From NCBI GenBank assembly GCA_963720565.1, contig CAVRFW010000009.1, positions 96,001-160,000 on the forward strand: a stretch of DNA of 64,000 bases, given 5' to 3'. The translations under genes were made by a program, and so were the position numbers. This document shows, piece after piece, positions 10,386 to 20,849 of the stretch. This DNA comes from Candidatus Bathyarchaeota archaeon. GTDB lineage: Archaea > Thermoproteota > Bathyarchaeia > Bathyarchaeales > Bathycorpusculaceae. The notes under the pieces were generated by a model that made no database searches, was not told the origin of the DNA, and worked only from the letters and a program-made list of their open reading frames with translations. Each line of letters begins with the position of its first letter. Positions within the stretch are counted from its first letter, which is position 1.

Positions 10386-11930
10386 ATGGAACTTGTCGCT
10401 GAATTGCTGAAGATTACAGCTAGCGGCAGATACGTTGCCATTATCGACGAGGAAACCGCTGGTTTGCTGGGTGTGCACTCCTCAGATAGGCTACGCGTTG
10501 CATATAGAGGAACAGAAGTTGTTGCCATGGCAAATATTGCCGCCGATTTTCCACTGAACCACGTTGGACTTTACGCTGAGATTTCAGGAATGCTCGGAAT
10601 TAAGGGTGGCGAGTTAGTGGAGGTGCAGCTCGCCAAAATGCCTGAATCCCTCGGTTACGTGCGAGCAAAAATCCGCGGCGAAAGACTAAGAGAGCAAGAC
10701 ATGGTAACAATAGTAAAAGATGTAGTGGAAAGGCACTTGAGCGAAGCGGAGATAGCCGCGTTCTTAACTGCGCTTAAAGTATACGGGCTGAGCATGGGCG
10801 AGACTGAAGCTTTGTCTCGAGCCATGTTTGAAACAGGAAAGACGATTGATTTCGGCGAGACACCACTACTTGACAAGCACAGCATAGGAGGCTTACCGGG
10901 CGACAAAACTTCCATGCTCGTTGTACCGATCGTGGCCGCCGCAGGATTCACAATTCCAAAAACATCCTCGCGGGCAGTCACTTCTCCGGCTGGAACAGCT
11001 GACCGAGTTGAAACACTATGCCCAGTAAACTTGTCTATCGAAGAGATAAGAAAAGTCGTCAGTAAAACAGGCGGCTGTCTTGTTTGGGGAGGAGCCTTGG
11101 ATTTAGCTCCTGCCGATGACTTGTTCATTCAAGTCGAATACCCATTGGGAATTGACCCTTTGCTATTGCCATCGATCATGAGCAAGAAGAAAGCAATGGG
11201 CGCCACGCACGTGACAATTGACATCCCAACTGGAAGCGGCGCCAAAATCAAAACCATGACGGAAGCATACACTTTAGCATCTGATTTCGTGGATCTCGGC
11301 AAGCGACTGGGGATGACCATTCAATGTGCGATTACTTACGGCGAACAACCCTTAGGCTATGCCATCGGACCAGCACTTGAAGCGCGAGAAGCACTGACAA
11401 CACTAATCGGAGGAGGCCCTCAAGACCTCAGGGAAAAGGCAGTCATTCTCGCTGGCATTCTTCTTGAAATGGTCGGTGTTAAGAGCGGGAGGCAACGTGC
11501 CGAAAACGTCCTACAATCTGGCAGAGCAGAGAAGAAACTTCGGGACATAATATCCGCCCAGGGTGGAAACCCAGACGTGAAGCCTGATGACATTCCAGTT
11601 GGCGACCAGAGAGTAGAAATTACCTCGGCACAGGCAGGTCGGGTCTTGTGGATGAGTACTGATAGCATAGTGCAAATAGCCCGGGCTGCGGGTGCCCCAA
11701 AGGAGAAAGGCGCAGGTGTACTGTTAAAAGCCAAATTGGGTGAAGCAGTTAAGAAAGATGGCTTACTGTTCGAGATTTATGCCGAGAGAAACAGCAAGCT
11801 GGAGTCGGCATTAGAGCTAGCTCAAAGGCTCAAACCAGTAGTTCTAAGCAAAAAGGCTGAAGAGCAAATGTTGCTAGACCAGATTCCAGAAAAAGTTACA
11901 GATGAAAAGCCATTTATGATAGAGCGGTAA
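10386..11930 (+). CDS. deoA: AMP phosphorylase
   Basis: DKHSIGGLPGDKT, PKTSSRAVTSPAGTAD and SIMSKK, plus the N-terminal extension typical of archaeal AMPpase. Confidence 0.93.
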   Translation: MELVAELLKITASGRYVAIIDEETAGLLGVHSSDRLRVAYRGTEVVAMANIAADFPLNHVGLYAEISGMLGIKGGELVEVQLAKMPESLGYVRAKIRGERLREQDMVTIVKDVVERHLSEAEIAAFLTALKVYGLSMGETEALSRAMFETGKTIDFGETPLLDKHSIGGLPGDKTSMLVVPIVAAAGFTIPKTSSRAVTSPAGTADRVETLCPVNLSIEEIRKVVSKTGGCLVWGGALDLAPADDLFIQVEYPLGIDPLLLPSIMSKKKAMGATHVTIDIPTGSGAKIKTMTEAYTLASDFVDLGKRLGMTIQCAITYGEQPLGYAIGPALEAREALTTLIGGGPQDLREKAVILAGILLEMVGVKSGRQRAENVLQSGRAEKKLRDIISAQGGNPDVKPDDIPVGDQRVEITSAQAGRVLWMSTDSIVQIARAAGAPKEKGAGVLLKAKLGEAVKKDGLLFEIYAERNSKLESALELAQRLKPVVLSKKAEEQMLLDQIPEKVTDEKPFMIER

Positions 11931-12059
11931 AACCTTCAAATATTCCGGGTCTTCGGAACCGAAACATCCTAGTTTTGCGCATTCCCTGAAATCTAGACCC
12001 AAATTGGTGGATACAATTTTAAACGTTGATACTGAGTGGAAGAACAAAAACTGGAGAGC

Positions 12060-12755
12060 TTAGCGTGCTCTTGAACGCACCCTAGGCTCCAACATTGTCC
12101 AAAGCCAATCTGCAAATTCTCGGAGGTTTTTTGTTTGTATATGCACTTCACCAGGACCAGTTATGTAGGTAACCAAGCCTTCTCCGCTCAGTAGCGTCTC
12201 TTTTAGGCCTCCGAACTTTTGTACTTTGTAGCTGCATGAATCACTGAAGCCAACCAAGTGAAAGTTGTCAACAACCAGTGTTTCTTCCTTGTTCAGAATA
12301 TGTGTGTCTATCGCGCCGAAAGTGTTTATGAACAGTTGTCCGTTTCCAGTCGCGTGAATCATGAATAGTCCTTGACCGAATAAGCCTTTGGTGAAGCCTT
12401 CCCATTTCACGTCCAAGTCAACGCCCTGCGTTGAGGCTATGTACGCGGATTTTTGTATTATGAAACCTTCGCCCGGTTTGACATCCAGTTTTTCGATGTC
12501 GCCAACTGGAGCTGCGACAAAGCTAACATCGGCAGAACCATTTTTGGCCGTGTAGTCGTTAACCCAAAAAGATTGACCGCCTATTATGCTCAAACCCAAG
12601 CTGCCCAGCAGGCTTTTTTCTCTCTTTCGCGTATGAACCTCTATCGTGGGATCCATGTACGTCATTGCACCGGATTCTGCCGTTATGGTCTCACCTTGAT
12701 CTAAGTTGATAACGAGCAGCGAGTAGGAAGGTTTGTACTTAATCTCGTATTTCAT
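12060..12755 (-). CDS. AIM24/TIGR00266 family protein
   Basis: AESGAM, APVGDI, GQGLF, FGAI, VVDNFHLV and SGEGLV..GPG...QT. Confidence 0.88.
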   Translation of the reverse strand: MKYEIKYKPSYSLLVINLDQGETITAESGAMTYMDPTIEVHTRKREKSLLGSLGLSIIGGQSFWVNDYTAKNGSADVSFVAAPVGDIEKLDVKPGEGFIIQKSAYIASTQGVDLDVKWEGFTKGLFGQGLFMIHATGNGQLFINTFGAIDTHILNKEETLVVDNFHLVGFSDSCSYKVQKFGGLKETLLSGEGLVTYITGPGEVHIQTKNLREFADWLWTMLEPRVRSRAR

Positions 12756-12964
12756 ACAAAATCAACTCTGTTTAACTCGCTTTAAGATTTAGGCATGAAG
12801 TGCCCAATAAGCTTATAGTATCAGATTGAACCCAAAGGTAGGTAGCGTTCCTTAAAAGGGACGACGGAGCAGCAGAAAAATAAGCGCGGGCTTCATCTGT
12901 ATTTTGTCATTATAAAACCTCGGCAAAAATCGCTTTTCAATTACCAAGCAACAACTTGAGTTTA

Positions 12965-13663
12965 TCAGTTTATTGGATCGAGCTGTTCCTTTTCTTTTGT
13001 AAGCGTAGTGCTGGAAAGCTTGCAGTTTATTTCACTTTCCCAGCAGTTTAAAACCAGTATTGAAAACATCAGCCAGAAGGTTCCCAATAGACATCCGCCC
13101 AAAACATCACTGATCCAATGAACATTAAGGTATATTCTGTCAAAACCTACAAGAGCGATTGTTATTAGAAAAAGCATAGCAGAAACTCCCCTCGTTTTTG
13201 ACGAATTCCAAATGTGCCATGCGAAATATGCTAGTAAACCGAAGAAGACAATTCCACTTGTTATGTGGCCGCTTGGAAAAGAATAGCCCATCTCTGTAAT
13301 CAATGCGTTGGCGGGTCTTGGAGAGAGAACAAGCATTTTGCTTATTAACAGAGAAAGAGTGGTTCCAACCATTCCCCCCAGGAACATGAGGCTGCATTTT
13401 CTGTAATTCTTGTAAAAGAATAAAATGGATAGTGCCAACGATAATGCAAGTAAGACGTTCGTGTCAAAGACAATGGAAATGATCACGGCGACATCCATAA
13501 ATGCGCTATTCTGAATTGTGATTGCCCAGTAGTTTCCGCTGCTGTCAATCGAAGCAAGACTGCCCCGCAAGAAGATAGTGAGCAGGAAACCAACCAGAAC
13601 AATCAACGCTACTAATAATCGTAAACATCGGTTATGGAGGTGCTCACTCAGCTTAAGATTCAT
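12965..13663 (-). CDS. PAP2-family membrane phosphatase
   Basis: K.....RP, YSFPSGH and RIYLNVHWISDV. Confidence 0.88.
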   Translation of the reverse strand: MNLKLSEHLHNRCLRLLVALIVLVGFLLTIFLRGSLASIDSSGNYWAITIQNSAFMDVAVIISIVFDTNVLLALSLALSILFFYKNYRKCSLMFLGGMVGTTLSLLISKMLVLSPRPANALITEMGYSFPSGHITSGIVFFGLLAYFAWHIWNSSKTRGVSAMLFLITIALVGFDRIYLNVHWISDVLGGCLLGTFWLMFSILVLNCWESEINCKLSSTTLTKEKEQLDPIN

Positions 13664-13836
13664 CTTTCCACAATATCGATCGCCAAGGATTAAAACTTTC
13701 CAACCCACCGTTCTGAAAGAAGAAAGCAGCGCGCCCTTGCTTGTCGAAACAATGCAACTATAGTTGTCCAGAAAGGTTCCGAATAATTCATAAACTGCAC
13801 TGCCAAGTTATCTGTCTCGAGGAAGGTTGCTATTCC

Positions 13837-14769
13837 ATGGAACAATGGGATCTCATAATAATAGGCGCTGGACCTGCAGGTTTGTCCGCAGGAATCTACG
13901 CTGCCAGAAGCGGATTGAAAACCATGATTATTGAAGAGAAAATGGCTGGTGGAACAACTTCCGACGCTCCAATCGTCGAGAATTATCCTGGTTTTGCCCA
14001 GATTAGCGGTGGTGAACTGGCGGAAAAGATGGTTCTTCACTGTAAAAAAATGGGCGTAACAATTAGAGAACTCGAAACCGTGTCTAGCCTAAGGCTTCGA
14101 GATGACGAAAAAATTGTGATAACTCACAAAACAGAACACGTTGCTAAGGCTCTTATATTCGCCACCGGCTCACATTACCGCGAAATCGGGGTGCCTGGCG
14201 AGAGGGAATTTCGCGGAAAAGGCATGAGCTATTGTGCCGTATGTGATGGCCCTTTCTTTAAGGGCAAGAAGGTTCTTGTGGTTGGAGGTGGCAACTCCGC
14301 AGCTACAGCTATTCTTTACCTTTCAGGAGTTGTCGGGGAGGTTGTGGTAGTGCATCGAAAACATGCTTTCCGAGCTGAAGAAGCATTGGTGAAAGATATT
14401 TCGGAAAAAAAGAACGTTCGAGTGTTGTGGAATACTGAAGTGCAGGAAATTAAAGGTGAAAAAACCGTTAACAGTGTTATTCTTTTGGACAACAAGACAG
14501 GAGAAACAAGCGAATTGGCAGTTAACGCTGTCTTTGTGCAGGTTGGTGAAGCACCGAACAGTCAAATAGCCAAAGAGGCAGGCGTTGAAGTTGATGAGCA
14601 CGGATACGTAAGAATTGATATGTATCAAAAGACAAACCTGCCAGGCGTTTACGCTGCTGGCGATGTGACAAGCCATCCCGTCAAGCAAGTAGGCACAGCT
14701 GTTGGTCAGGGCATCACCGCGGCACTTCAAGCATACGTTTACATTAGACAACCATACTACCGAAAATAG
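13837..14769 (+). CDS. trxB: Thioredoxin-disulfide reductase
   Basis: GAGPAG, ENYPG, CAVCDG, GGGNSA and AAGD. ATG start at 13837. Confidence 0.92.
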   Translation: MEQWDLIIIGAGPAGLSAGIYAARSGLKTMIIEEKMAGGTTSDAPIVENYPGFAQISGGELAEKMVLHCKKMGVTIRELETVSSLRLRDDEKIVITHKTEHVAKALIFATGSHYREIGVPGEREFRGKGMSYCAVCDGPFFKGKKVLVVGGGNSAATAILYLSGVVGEVVVVHRKHAFRAEEALVKDISEKKNVRVLWNTEVQEIKGEKTVNSVILLDNKTGETSELAVNAVFVQVGEAPNSQIAKEAGVEVDEHGYVRIDMYQKTNLPGVYAAGDVTSHPVKQVGTAVGQGITAALQAYVYIRQPYYRK

Positions 14770-14811
14770 AGGGAAAGGATTATATCATCCAAAAACCCTT
14801 TTCAATTTTCC

Positions 14812-14845
14812 GTAAGCATAATTAAGCAATGCTTACCGCTTTAAG
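14812..14845 (+). promoter_or_regulatory. Inverted repeat GTAAGCAT-N9-ATGCTTAC directly upstream of a CTTTAAG TATA-like box
   Basis: Perfect 8-bp arms at 14812-14819 and 14829-14836. TATA-like box at 14839-14845, about 35 bp before the 14880 ATG. Confidence 0.55.
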
Positions 14846-14879
14846 AGTCCTGTTGGAATAATAAAAGAGGTTCCATACA

Positions 14880-16091
14880 ATGAGTGAAAAGTGTCTCGCC
14901 GCTGTGGAAATCAATCAAGACTTGTGTAGCAAGTGTTGTGTTTGCCACTCGATTTGTCCTTACGAAGCAATACACCGTGACCCTGAAACAGGAAAAGTAG
15001 AAATTAACATAAAGGAATGCCAGGTCTGCGGAATATGTTATAGCGCCTGTCCTGTTTCTGCTATTAAAATGACTTACTACGATTATGATCATCTCTTGGA
15101 TTACGTAAATTGCGTTAGGAAGGGCGTCAGAAGCGACACCTTGGTCTTGATGTGCCGTGGGAACTCTCCTTCTTCATGCGAAGTTGAGGAGATACTGGAA
15201 GAACAAGGCCTAGGAGTCACGGATTACATCCCGTTGAGGTTGCCCTGTTCAGGCAGAATCCCAACTGATTTCATTTTCAAGACTTTGAACTCGGGGGTCA
15301 AGAATATTGTTTCAGTTCAGTGCGAGGATGACTTCTGTCGCTACAAGGAAGGCACGAAAATTAATACGCGAAGGTTTCAACTGAGTAAGAATGTTTTGCG
15401 TCAATTAGGCTATGACGAGGACGCTCTGAGAGTCGTAAAATACTCGCGAAAAGCGGTTTATGACACAGATAAGTGTGTGGGTTGCGACAAATGCGTTTTC
15501 ATTTGTCCTTATGATGCTATCAAAGCAGAACCGTTTGCCACACCGAAAATAATATTCGAGGACTGTGTAGGTTGCGGCGCTTGCGCTTTGGTCTGTCCAC
15601 ACCAAGCTATTGAAGTTAAGGGTTTTGAGTTTGAGAATGTTCTAAAACGCTACAGCGAAGCAGCAGCCAAGCTAAAGACGAAGAGCAAATCTCCTACGCT
15701 CCTGGCGTTCGTCTGCCAATGGTCTGAATTCTCAGCTTTAGATGACCCCGAAAGTGCTTTCAAGGGCAAGAACGCAATGGTCTTGGAGGTTCCATGCTTC
15801 AAGTCTATGGATCCAGTTCACATAATTAACGCTTTGAATTGCGGTTTTGACGGAGTGATGGGCGTGGTGTGTTCGGCTGAAGACTGCAAACTCGAAAAGG
15901 GCAGGGACGCCGCAGAAAGAAATCTGGTTGTGCTCAAAGTCGCGTTGAAGAAGATGAACATGCTTGACCGTTTCGAGTATTACGAGGCGTCGCCCAGATG
16001 TGAAGATGAATTCAAGCAGGCGCTGGATACTTTCTACGAAAAGCTTGCTGCAAAGAAGCAGGGCATGGTAGCTGTTGCGGAGGCGAAGTGA
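14880..16091 (+). CDS. Fusion of two 2x[4Fe-4S] ferredoxin domains and two MvhD/FlpD-like domains
   Basis: Four CxxCxxCxxxCP motifs. MvhD-like Cys sets RLPCSGR..CEDDFC and FVCQW..EVPC..CSAEDC. Confidence 0.8.
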   Translation: MSEKCLAAVEINQDLCSKCCVCHSICPYEAIHRDPETGKVEINIKECQVCGICYSACPVSAIKMTYYDYDHLLDYVNCVRKGVRSDTLVLMCRGNSPSSCEVEEILEEQGLGVTDYIPLRLPCSGRIPTDFIFKTLNSGVKNIVSVQCEDDFCRYKEGTKINTRRFQLSKNVLRQLGYDEDALRVVKYSRKAVYDTDKCVGCDKCVFICPYDAIKAEPFATPKIIFEDCVGCGACALVCPHQAIEVKGFEFENVLKRYSEAAAKLKTKSKSPTLLAFVCQWSEFSALDDPESAFKGKNAMVLEVPCFKSMDPVHIINALNCGFDGVMGVVCSAEDCKLEKGRDAAERNLVVLKVALKKMNMLDRFEYYEASPRCEDEFKQALDTFYEKLAAKKQGMVAVAEAK

Positions 16092-16095
16092 AAAA

Positions 16096-16938
16096 ATGTA
16101 CAAAATAGTGACTAAGAGAGAGATAGCTCCAAAAGAAAAACTGTTCGAAGTTGAAGCTCCAGACATCGCTGCAAAAGCACAACCCGGACAGTTTGTCATA
16201 CTTATCATCGGTAGCAAAGGTGAGCGCGTTCCGCTTACAATATGCGACTGCGACGCGAAAAAGGGCACAGTTTCATTCGCTTTTCACGAGGTCGGAAAGA
16301 CTACAAAGGAACTTGGTCTCTTGAAGGAAGGCGATTGTTTAGAAAACTTGACAGGTCCTTTGGGAAATCCCTCAGAAATAAAGAATTACGGCAAGGTGCT
16401 ATGCGTCGGCGGCAGCATTATGATTGCTCCTTTGCTGTTGCAGGTCAAGGCAATGAAAGAGGCAGGCAACAAAGTGACAACCTTGTTGGGCGCCAGAATA
16501 AAAGATGGTCTGTCAATGGAGAACGAAGCTGAAGCCATGAGCCAAAAAGTTTACATTGCCACCGATGACGGCTCAAAAGGTTACAAGGGCTTAGATTTCC
16601 TCAAGAAGGTGCTTGAAACGGAAAAATTCGATCGTTGCGTCGTGATGGGTCCAGTTGTTATGATGAAGGCTGTAAGCGAAATCACAAAACCTTTTGGGAT
16701 TCCAACGATTGTGACATTGACGCCGATAATGATTGATGGCATGGGTATGTGTGGTGTCTGCCGTGTCACGGTTGGCGGAAAAATGCTGTTTGCATGTGTG
16801 GACGGTCCGGAATTTGATGGTCATCAAGTTGATTTCGATGAACTAATTTCACGTCAGCGTTTATTTCTTCCAGAAGAACGTCTGAACTCTGAATTGTGGG
16901 AACTTGGAGGTTGTAAATGTGGCCGAAACAAAGCCTAA
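16096..16938 (+). CDS. nfnA: NfnA/SudB small subunit (FNR-like FAD and [2Fe-2S])
   Basis: PGQFV, GERVPLT, GPLG, TDDGS.G and DGMGMCGVCRV..ACVDGPEFD. Confidence 0.85.
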   Translation: MYKIVTKREIAPKEKLFEVEAPDIAAKAQPGQFVILIIGSKGERVPLTICDCDAKKGTVSFAFHEVGKTTKELGLLKEGDCLENLTGPLGNPSEIKNYGKVLCVGGSIMIAPLLLQVKAMKEAGNKVTTLLGARIKDGLSMENEAEAMSQKVYIATDDGSKGYKGLDFLKKVLETEKFDRCVVMGPVVMMKAVSEITKPFGIPTIVTLTPIMIDGMGMCGVCRVTVGGKMLFACVDGPEFDGHQVDFDELISRQRLFLPEERLNSELWELGGCKCGRNKA

Positions 16939-18328
16939 ACCGAAGATTAAGAAAGAAGCTATTGAGATGCCCAAGCAGGAGCCTAAAGAACGCGTTAAGA
17001 ACTTCAGCGAGGTTGCTTTGGGCTACAGTGAAGAACAGGCTCTTGAAGAAGCCAGTCGATGCTTACAGTGTGTTAAGCCCCAGTGTGTGAGTGGCTGTCC
17101 CGTAGAAGTGCCTATTCCGGAATTCATCAAATGCATCCGGGAAAAGAAGTACGCAGAGGGCATCACTACGATAAAGACTAAGAACGCTCTGCCGGCCGTG
17201 TGCGGTCGCGTTTGTCCACAGGAAGAACAATGCCAAGTTAAGTGCGTTGTTGGAAAGATTGGTCAACCAGTCAGTATCGGTCGTTTAGAAAGGTATTTGG
17301 CTGATTGGGAGCGTGATAATGGCTTTCAGATGCCGGAGAAAGCCAAACCGACAGGCAAGAAAGTAGCTGTTGTCGGAGCGGGTCCTGCGGGACTTACGGT
17401 TGCCGCAGACTTGGTGAAGCTGGGTTATGATGTTACACAGTTTGAAGCGCTTCACTTGGCTGGTGGGGTTCTGGTTTACGGTATTCCTGAATTCCGTCTC
17501 CCAAAGAGGATCGTTCAGAATGAGGTTGATTACATTCAGAAATTGGGCGTTGACCTGCGATTGGGCAACTTGATTGGCAGAACACATACTATTCCTGAGC
17601 TTATGAAAAACGGGTATGACGCCTTTTTTATCGGTTCTGGTGCTGGTTTGCCTCAGTTTATGGATCTTCCAGGGGAGAACTTGGGTGGTATATACTCCGC
17701 TAACGAATTCTTGATTCGAGTTAATCTGATGAAAGCTTACAATTTTCCCGAATACGATACACCAATACGGATCGGAAAACACGTTGTGGTTATAGGCGGT
17801 GGCAACGTTGCAATGGATTGCGCAAGAAGCTCAATGCGATTGGGAGCCAGTGTGTGCTTGCTTTACAGACGCTCCCGGGATGAGTTGCCAGCAAGAAAAG
17901 AAGAAATCGAAAACGCTGAGGAAGAGGGCTTGGTATGCAAGTTTTTAGCTGCGCCATTGAGGTTCATCGGTGACGAAAGAGGCTGGGTGAAGGCTATGGA
18001 TTGCGAGTGCATGGAACTCGGTCCCCCAGATGCTTCCGGAAGACGTAGACCAGTCCCGATTAGAGGTTCCGAATTCACCATGGAAACCGATACTGTCATA
18101 ATTGCCATTGGACAAACTCCTAACCCGATTATCCAGCGAACGACTGAGGGCTTGGTGGTTAATCCAAAACACGGTACCATAATAGTTGATGAAAACGGCA
18201 AGACAAGCTTGGATGGCGTCTATGCTGGCGGCGATGTCGCTACGGGTGCAGCCACAGTCATTAGCGCGATGGGTATGGGTAAGAAAGCAGCAAAAGCGAT
18301 ACACGCTTACCTCTCAAGCAAGAAGTAG
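16919..18328 (+). CDS. nfnB: NfnB/SudA large subunit (GltD-like bifurcating transhydrogenase)
   Basis: RCLQC..CVSGCPV, CGRVCPQEEQC, GAGPAG, GIPEFRLP, GGGNVAMD and YRR. Overlaps nfnA. GTG start after GGAGG. Confidence 0.87.
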   Translation: MAETKPKPKIKKEAIEMPKQEPKERVKNFSEVALGYSEEQALEEASRCLQCVKPQCVSGCPVEVPIPEFIKCIREKKYAEGITTIKTKNALPAVCGRVCPQEEQCQVKCVVGKIGQPVSIGRLERYLADWERDNGFQMPEKAKPTGKKVAVVGAGPAGLTVAADLVKLGYDVTQFEALHLAGGVLVYGIPEFRLPKRIVQNEVDYIQKLGVDLRLGNLIGRTHTIPELMKNGYDAFFIGSGAGLPQFMDLPGENLGGIYSANEFLIRVNLMKAYNFPEYDTPIRIGKHVVVIGGGNVAMDCARSSMRLGASVCLLYRRSRDELPARKEEIENAEEEGLVCKFLAAPLRFIGDERGWVKAMDCECMELGPPDASGRRRPVPIRGSEFTMETDTVIIAIGQTPNPIIQRTTEGLVVNPKHGTIIVDENGKTSLDGVYAGGDVATGAATVISAMGMGKKAAKAIHAYLSSKK

Positions 18329-18480
18329 CCAATCAAGAAAGGCAACTCTCAGAAACCTAATCTGCAGTAGGCACAAGCCATCCCCAATCAATAGCTCTTT
18401 TCTTTAAGAGCCTAATTTTTCAACTACATCGGCAATGTTAAGTAACAGACTTTATATCCTCTTACTGCACCCAAAATGGG

Positions 18481-20205
18481 ATGGTGACAATAACGTCTGA
18501 AAAAGTTTTAGTGACGTCGGCATGGCCATACATCAATGTAACGCCTCACTTGGGTAACCTCGTGGGTTCGGTTTTGTCTGCTGACGTTGTAGCCAGATAT
18601 CATAGGCTCAAGGGCGATGACGTGCTAATGGTGAGCGGTTCAGATGAGCATGGTACACCCATCGAAGTCGAGGCTCTGAAAGAAGGAATAACGCCTAAAG
18701 AGCTGACTGACAGGAACCACGCGCGGGTAACCGACCTTTTCAAACGCTGGGATGCATCATTCGACAATTACACACGAACCGAAAGCCCCGTGCACAAGGA
18801 ATTCGTTCAAGAGACACTCATGAGAATCTTCAAGAATGGCTACATTTTCTCCCAAGAAACACAGATGCTGTACTGCGAACATGACCAGCGCTTTCTGCCT
18901 GATAGGTTTGTTGAGGGCAAATGCCCCCATTGCGGCTGTGAACGTGCCCGCGGGGACCAATGCGACAAGTGTGGCCGGCTTCTAGAGACAATATTGCTTG
19001 TTGAACCTCGATGCGTTCTGTGTGGTAATACTCCTGCGACCAAGATCACTCGCCATTGGTACATTGACCTGTCAAGATTCGCTGACCAATTAACTGCGTA
19101 TATCAAAAGCAACAAGCAGGTTCCAGCAAACGTCAGGAACTTCAGCTTAAATTGGATAACCGAAGGCTTGAAACCTCGAGCCGTAACGCGAGATGTAGAT
19201 TGGGGGATTCCGGCGCCCTTTCCAGGCGCAGAAGGCAAGACTATCTATGTCTGGGTTGAAGCCGTTTTGGGTTACGTTTCAGCCACAATAGAATACTCCA
19301 AGCTTATTGGAAAACCTGAAAAATGGCGGGAGTTCTGGTTTAACAAGAACGCGAAGACGATGTACTTCATTGGAAAGGATAACATTCCATTCCACACGAT
19401 AATCCTTCCCGCTTTGCTGATGGCCTCGGGCGAGGATTACAACCTTCCTTGGAATGTTTCAGCCACAGAGTTCCTCCAGTTCAAAGGGGAAAAAGCTTCA
19501 AAAAGCCTTAGGATTGGAATATGGATAGATGAAGCACTTGAACTGTTTCCTGTTGACTATTGGCGCTTCTTCCTCATCGCAACTAGACCAGAAGTCAAAG
19601 ACTCAAATTTCTCATGGGAAATCTTTATCGAAAGAATCAACGCAGACCTGAATGACACCTTCGGCAACTTCATACACAGAACCCTGACCTTCATAAACTC
19701 CCAGTTCAAAGGGGAAATCCCTTATCCACAAAAACTAACCGCGGAAGATGAGGCGATACTTCAGACTGTCAGGGAAAAAGTTGCAATTATTACTCAAGAA
19801 CTCGAAGATGTCAAACTGCAAGCGGCAGCTAACACTCTAATAGGCATAGGTCGCGTCGGGAACCAGTACCTAAACGAGAAAGAGCCTTGGACCCTTATCA
19901 AAACAGACAAAGAGAGAGCGGCCACTGTTCTCTACGTTACTGCGCAGATCGTCAAAGCCATCGTTACCGTCTCGGCTCCATTTATTCCATCAACTGCGGA
20001 GCAGCTTTGGCAAACGCTGAACCTCGGAGGTCGTGTCCTTAAGAGCAGATGGAAAGAAGCCATCGAGCCTTTGGAAGCTGGACACAAAATAGCTAAGTCG
20101 AAACCCCTCTTCCGTAAGATAGATGCTGACGAAAAGGAACTTGATGAGCTGCTGATTAAAATCAGAGAGAAAAAGACTAATGCCCTGAATAATTGTGGAA
20201 GTTAA
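18481..20205 (+). CDS. metG: Methionine-tRNA ligase
   Basis: PHLGN, GSDEHG, Zn knuckles, YVWVEA, GKDNIPFH and KASKS. Confidence 0.96.
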   Translation: MVTITSEKVLVTSAWPYINVTPHLGNLVGSVLSADVVARYHRLKGDDVLMVSGSDEHGTPIEVEALKEGITPKELTDRNHARVTDLFKRWDASFDNYTRTESPVHKEFVQETLMRIFKNGYIFSQETQMLYCEHDQRFLPDRFVEGKCPHCGCERARGDQCDKCGRLLETILLVEPRCVLCGNTPATKITRHWYIDLSRFADQLTAYIKSNKQVPANVRNFSLNWITEGLKPRAVTRDVDWGIPAPFPGAEGKTIYVWVEAVLGYVSATIEYSKLIGKPEKWREFWFNKNAKTMYFIGKDNIPFHTIILPALLMASGEDYNLPWNVSATEFLQFKGEKASKSLRIGIWIDEALELFPVDYWRFFLIATRPEVKDSNFSWEIFIERINADLNDTFGNFIHRTLTFINSQFKGEIPYPQKLTAEDEAILQTVREKVAIITQELEDVKLQAAANTLIGIGRVGNQYLNEKEPWTLIKTDKERAATVLYVTAQIVKAIVTVSAPFIPSTAEQLWQTLNLGGRVLKSRWKEAIEPLEAGHKIAKSKPLFRKIDADEKELDELLIKIREKKTNALNNCGS

Positions 20206-20207
20206 TT

Positions 20208-20849
20208 ATGCAAGTGAAAGCGGACCTACACGTTCACACGGTGTACTCAAACGATTCAGTAATAACTCCTAAAGAACTAGTTACTTACGCTAGAAAGCGC
20301 GGGTTGACGGCTGTAGCTGTTACGGACCACAACCAAATCGAAGGAGCCCGAAAAATTGCAAAGGAAACTGACTTCTTGATTATTCCAGGCACAGAGGTTT
20401 CAAGCCTCAATGGGCATATAGTCGGTCTCAACGTTGAAGAACTAATCCCGAGAAGGTTAACCCCGCAAGAAACGGTTGACAGAATTCATCATGCGGGCGG
20501 TATAGCGGTAGCATGCCACCCATTTGTGTTGTTCAAAGGAAGCATTGGAAAACACGTAACCGCTAAATTCGACGCTGTTGAAACAATAAACTCGTCAGCA
20601 TTCCCATTTAGAAGCTCCACAGAAAGAGCTAACGCCCTCGCAGAGAGGCTTAGACTGCCAAAAGTAGCTGGCACAGACGCACATTACGGGCCAATAATAG
20701 GTCAGGCCTACACACTTATTGATGCTGAACCAAACGTGGACTCTGTGCTGAAGGCTATAATCAACGGGAGGTGCCAGCCTCTCGGCGGACCAATTTCTTT
20801 CCCGTTGAGAATCCAGAACCAGTTCAGATTCTTCAAGAAATACCTCTAA
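20208..20849 (+). CDS. PHP-domain phosphoesterase
   Basis: DLHVHT..S.D, TDHN, HP and GTDAH. Confidence 0.88.
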   Translation: MQVKADLHVHTVYSNDSVITPKELVTYARKRGLTAVAVTDHNQIEGARKIAKETDFLIIPGTEVSSLNGHIVGLNVEELIPRRLTPQETVDRIHHAGGIAVACHPFVLFKGSIGKHVTAKFDAVETINSSAFPFRSSTERANALAERLRLPKVAGTDAHYGPIIGQAYTLIDAEPNVDSVLKAIINGRCQPLGGPISFPLRIQNQFRFFKKYL

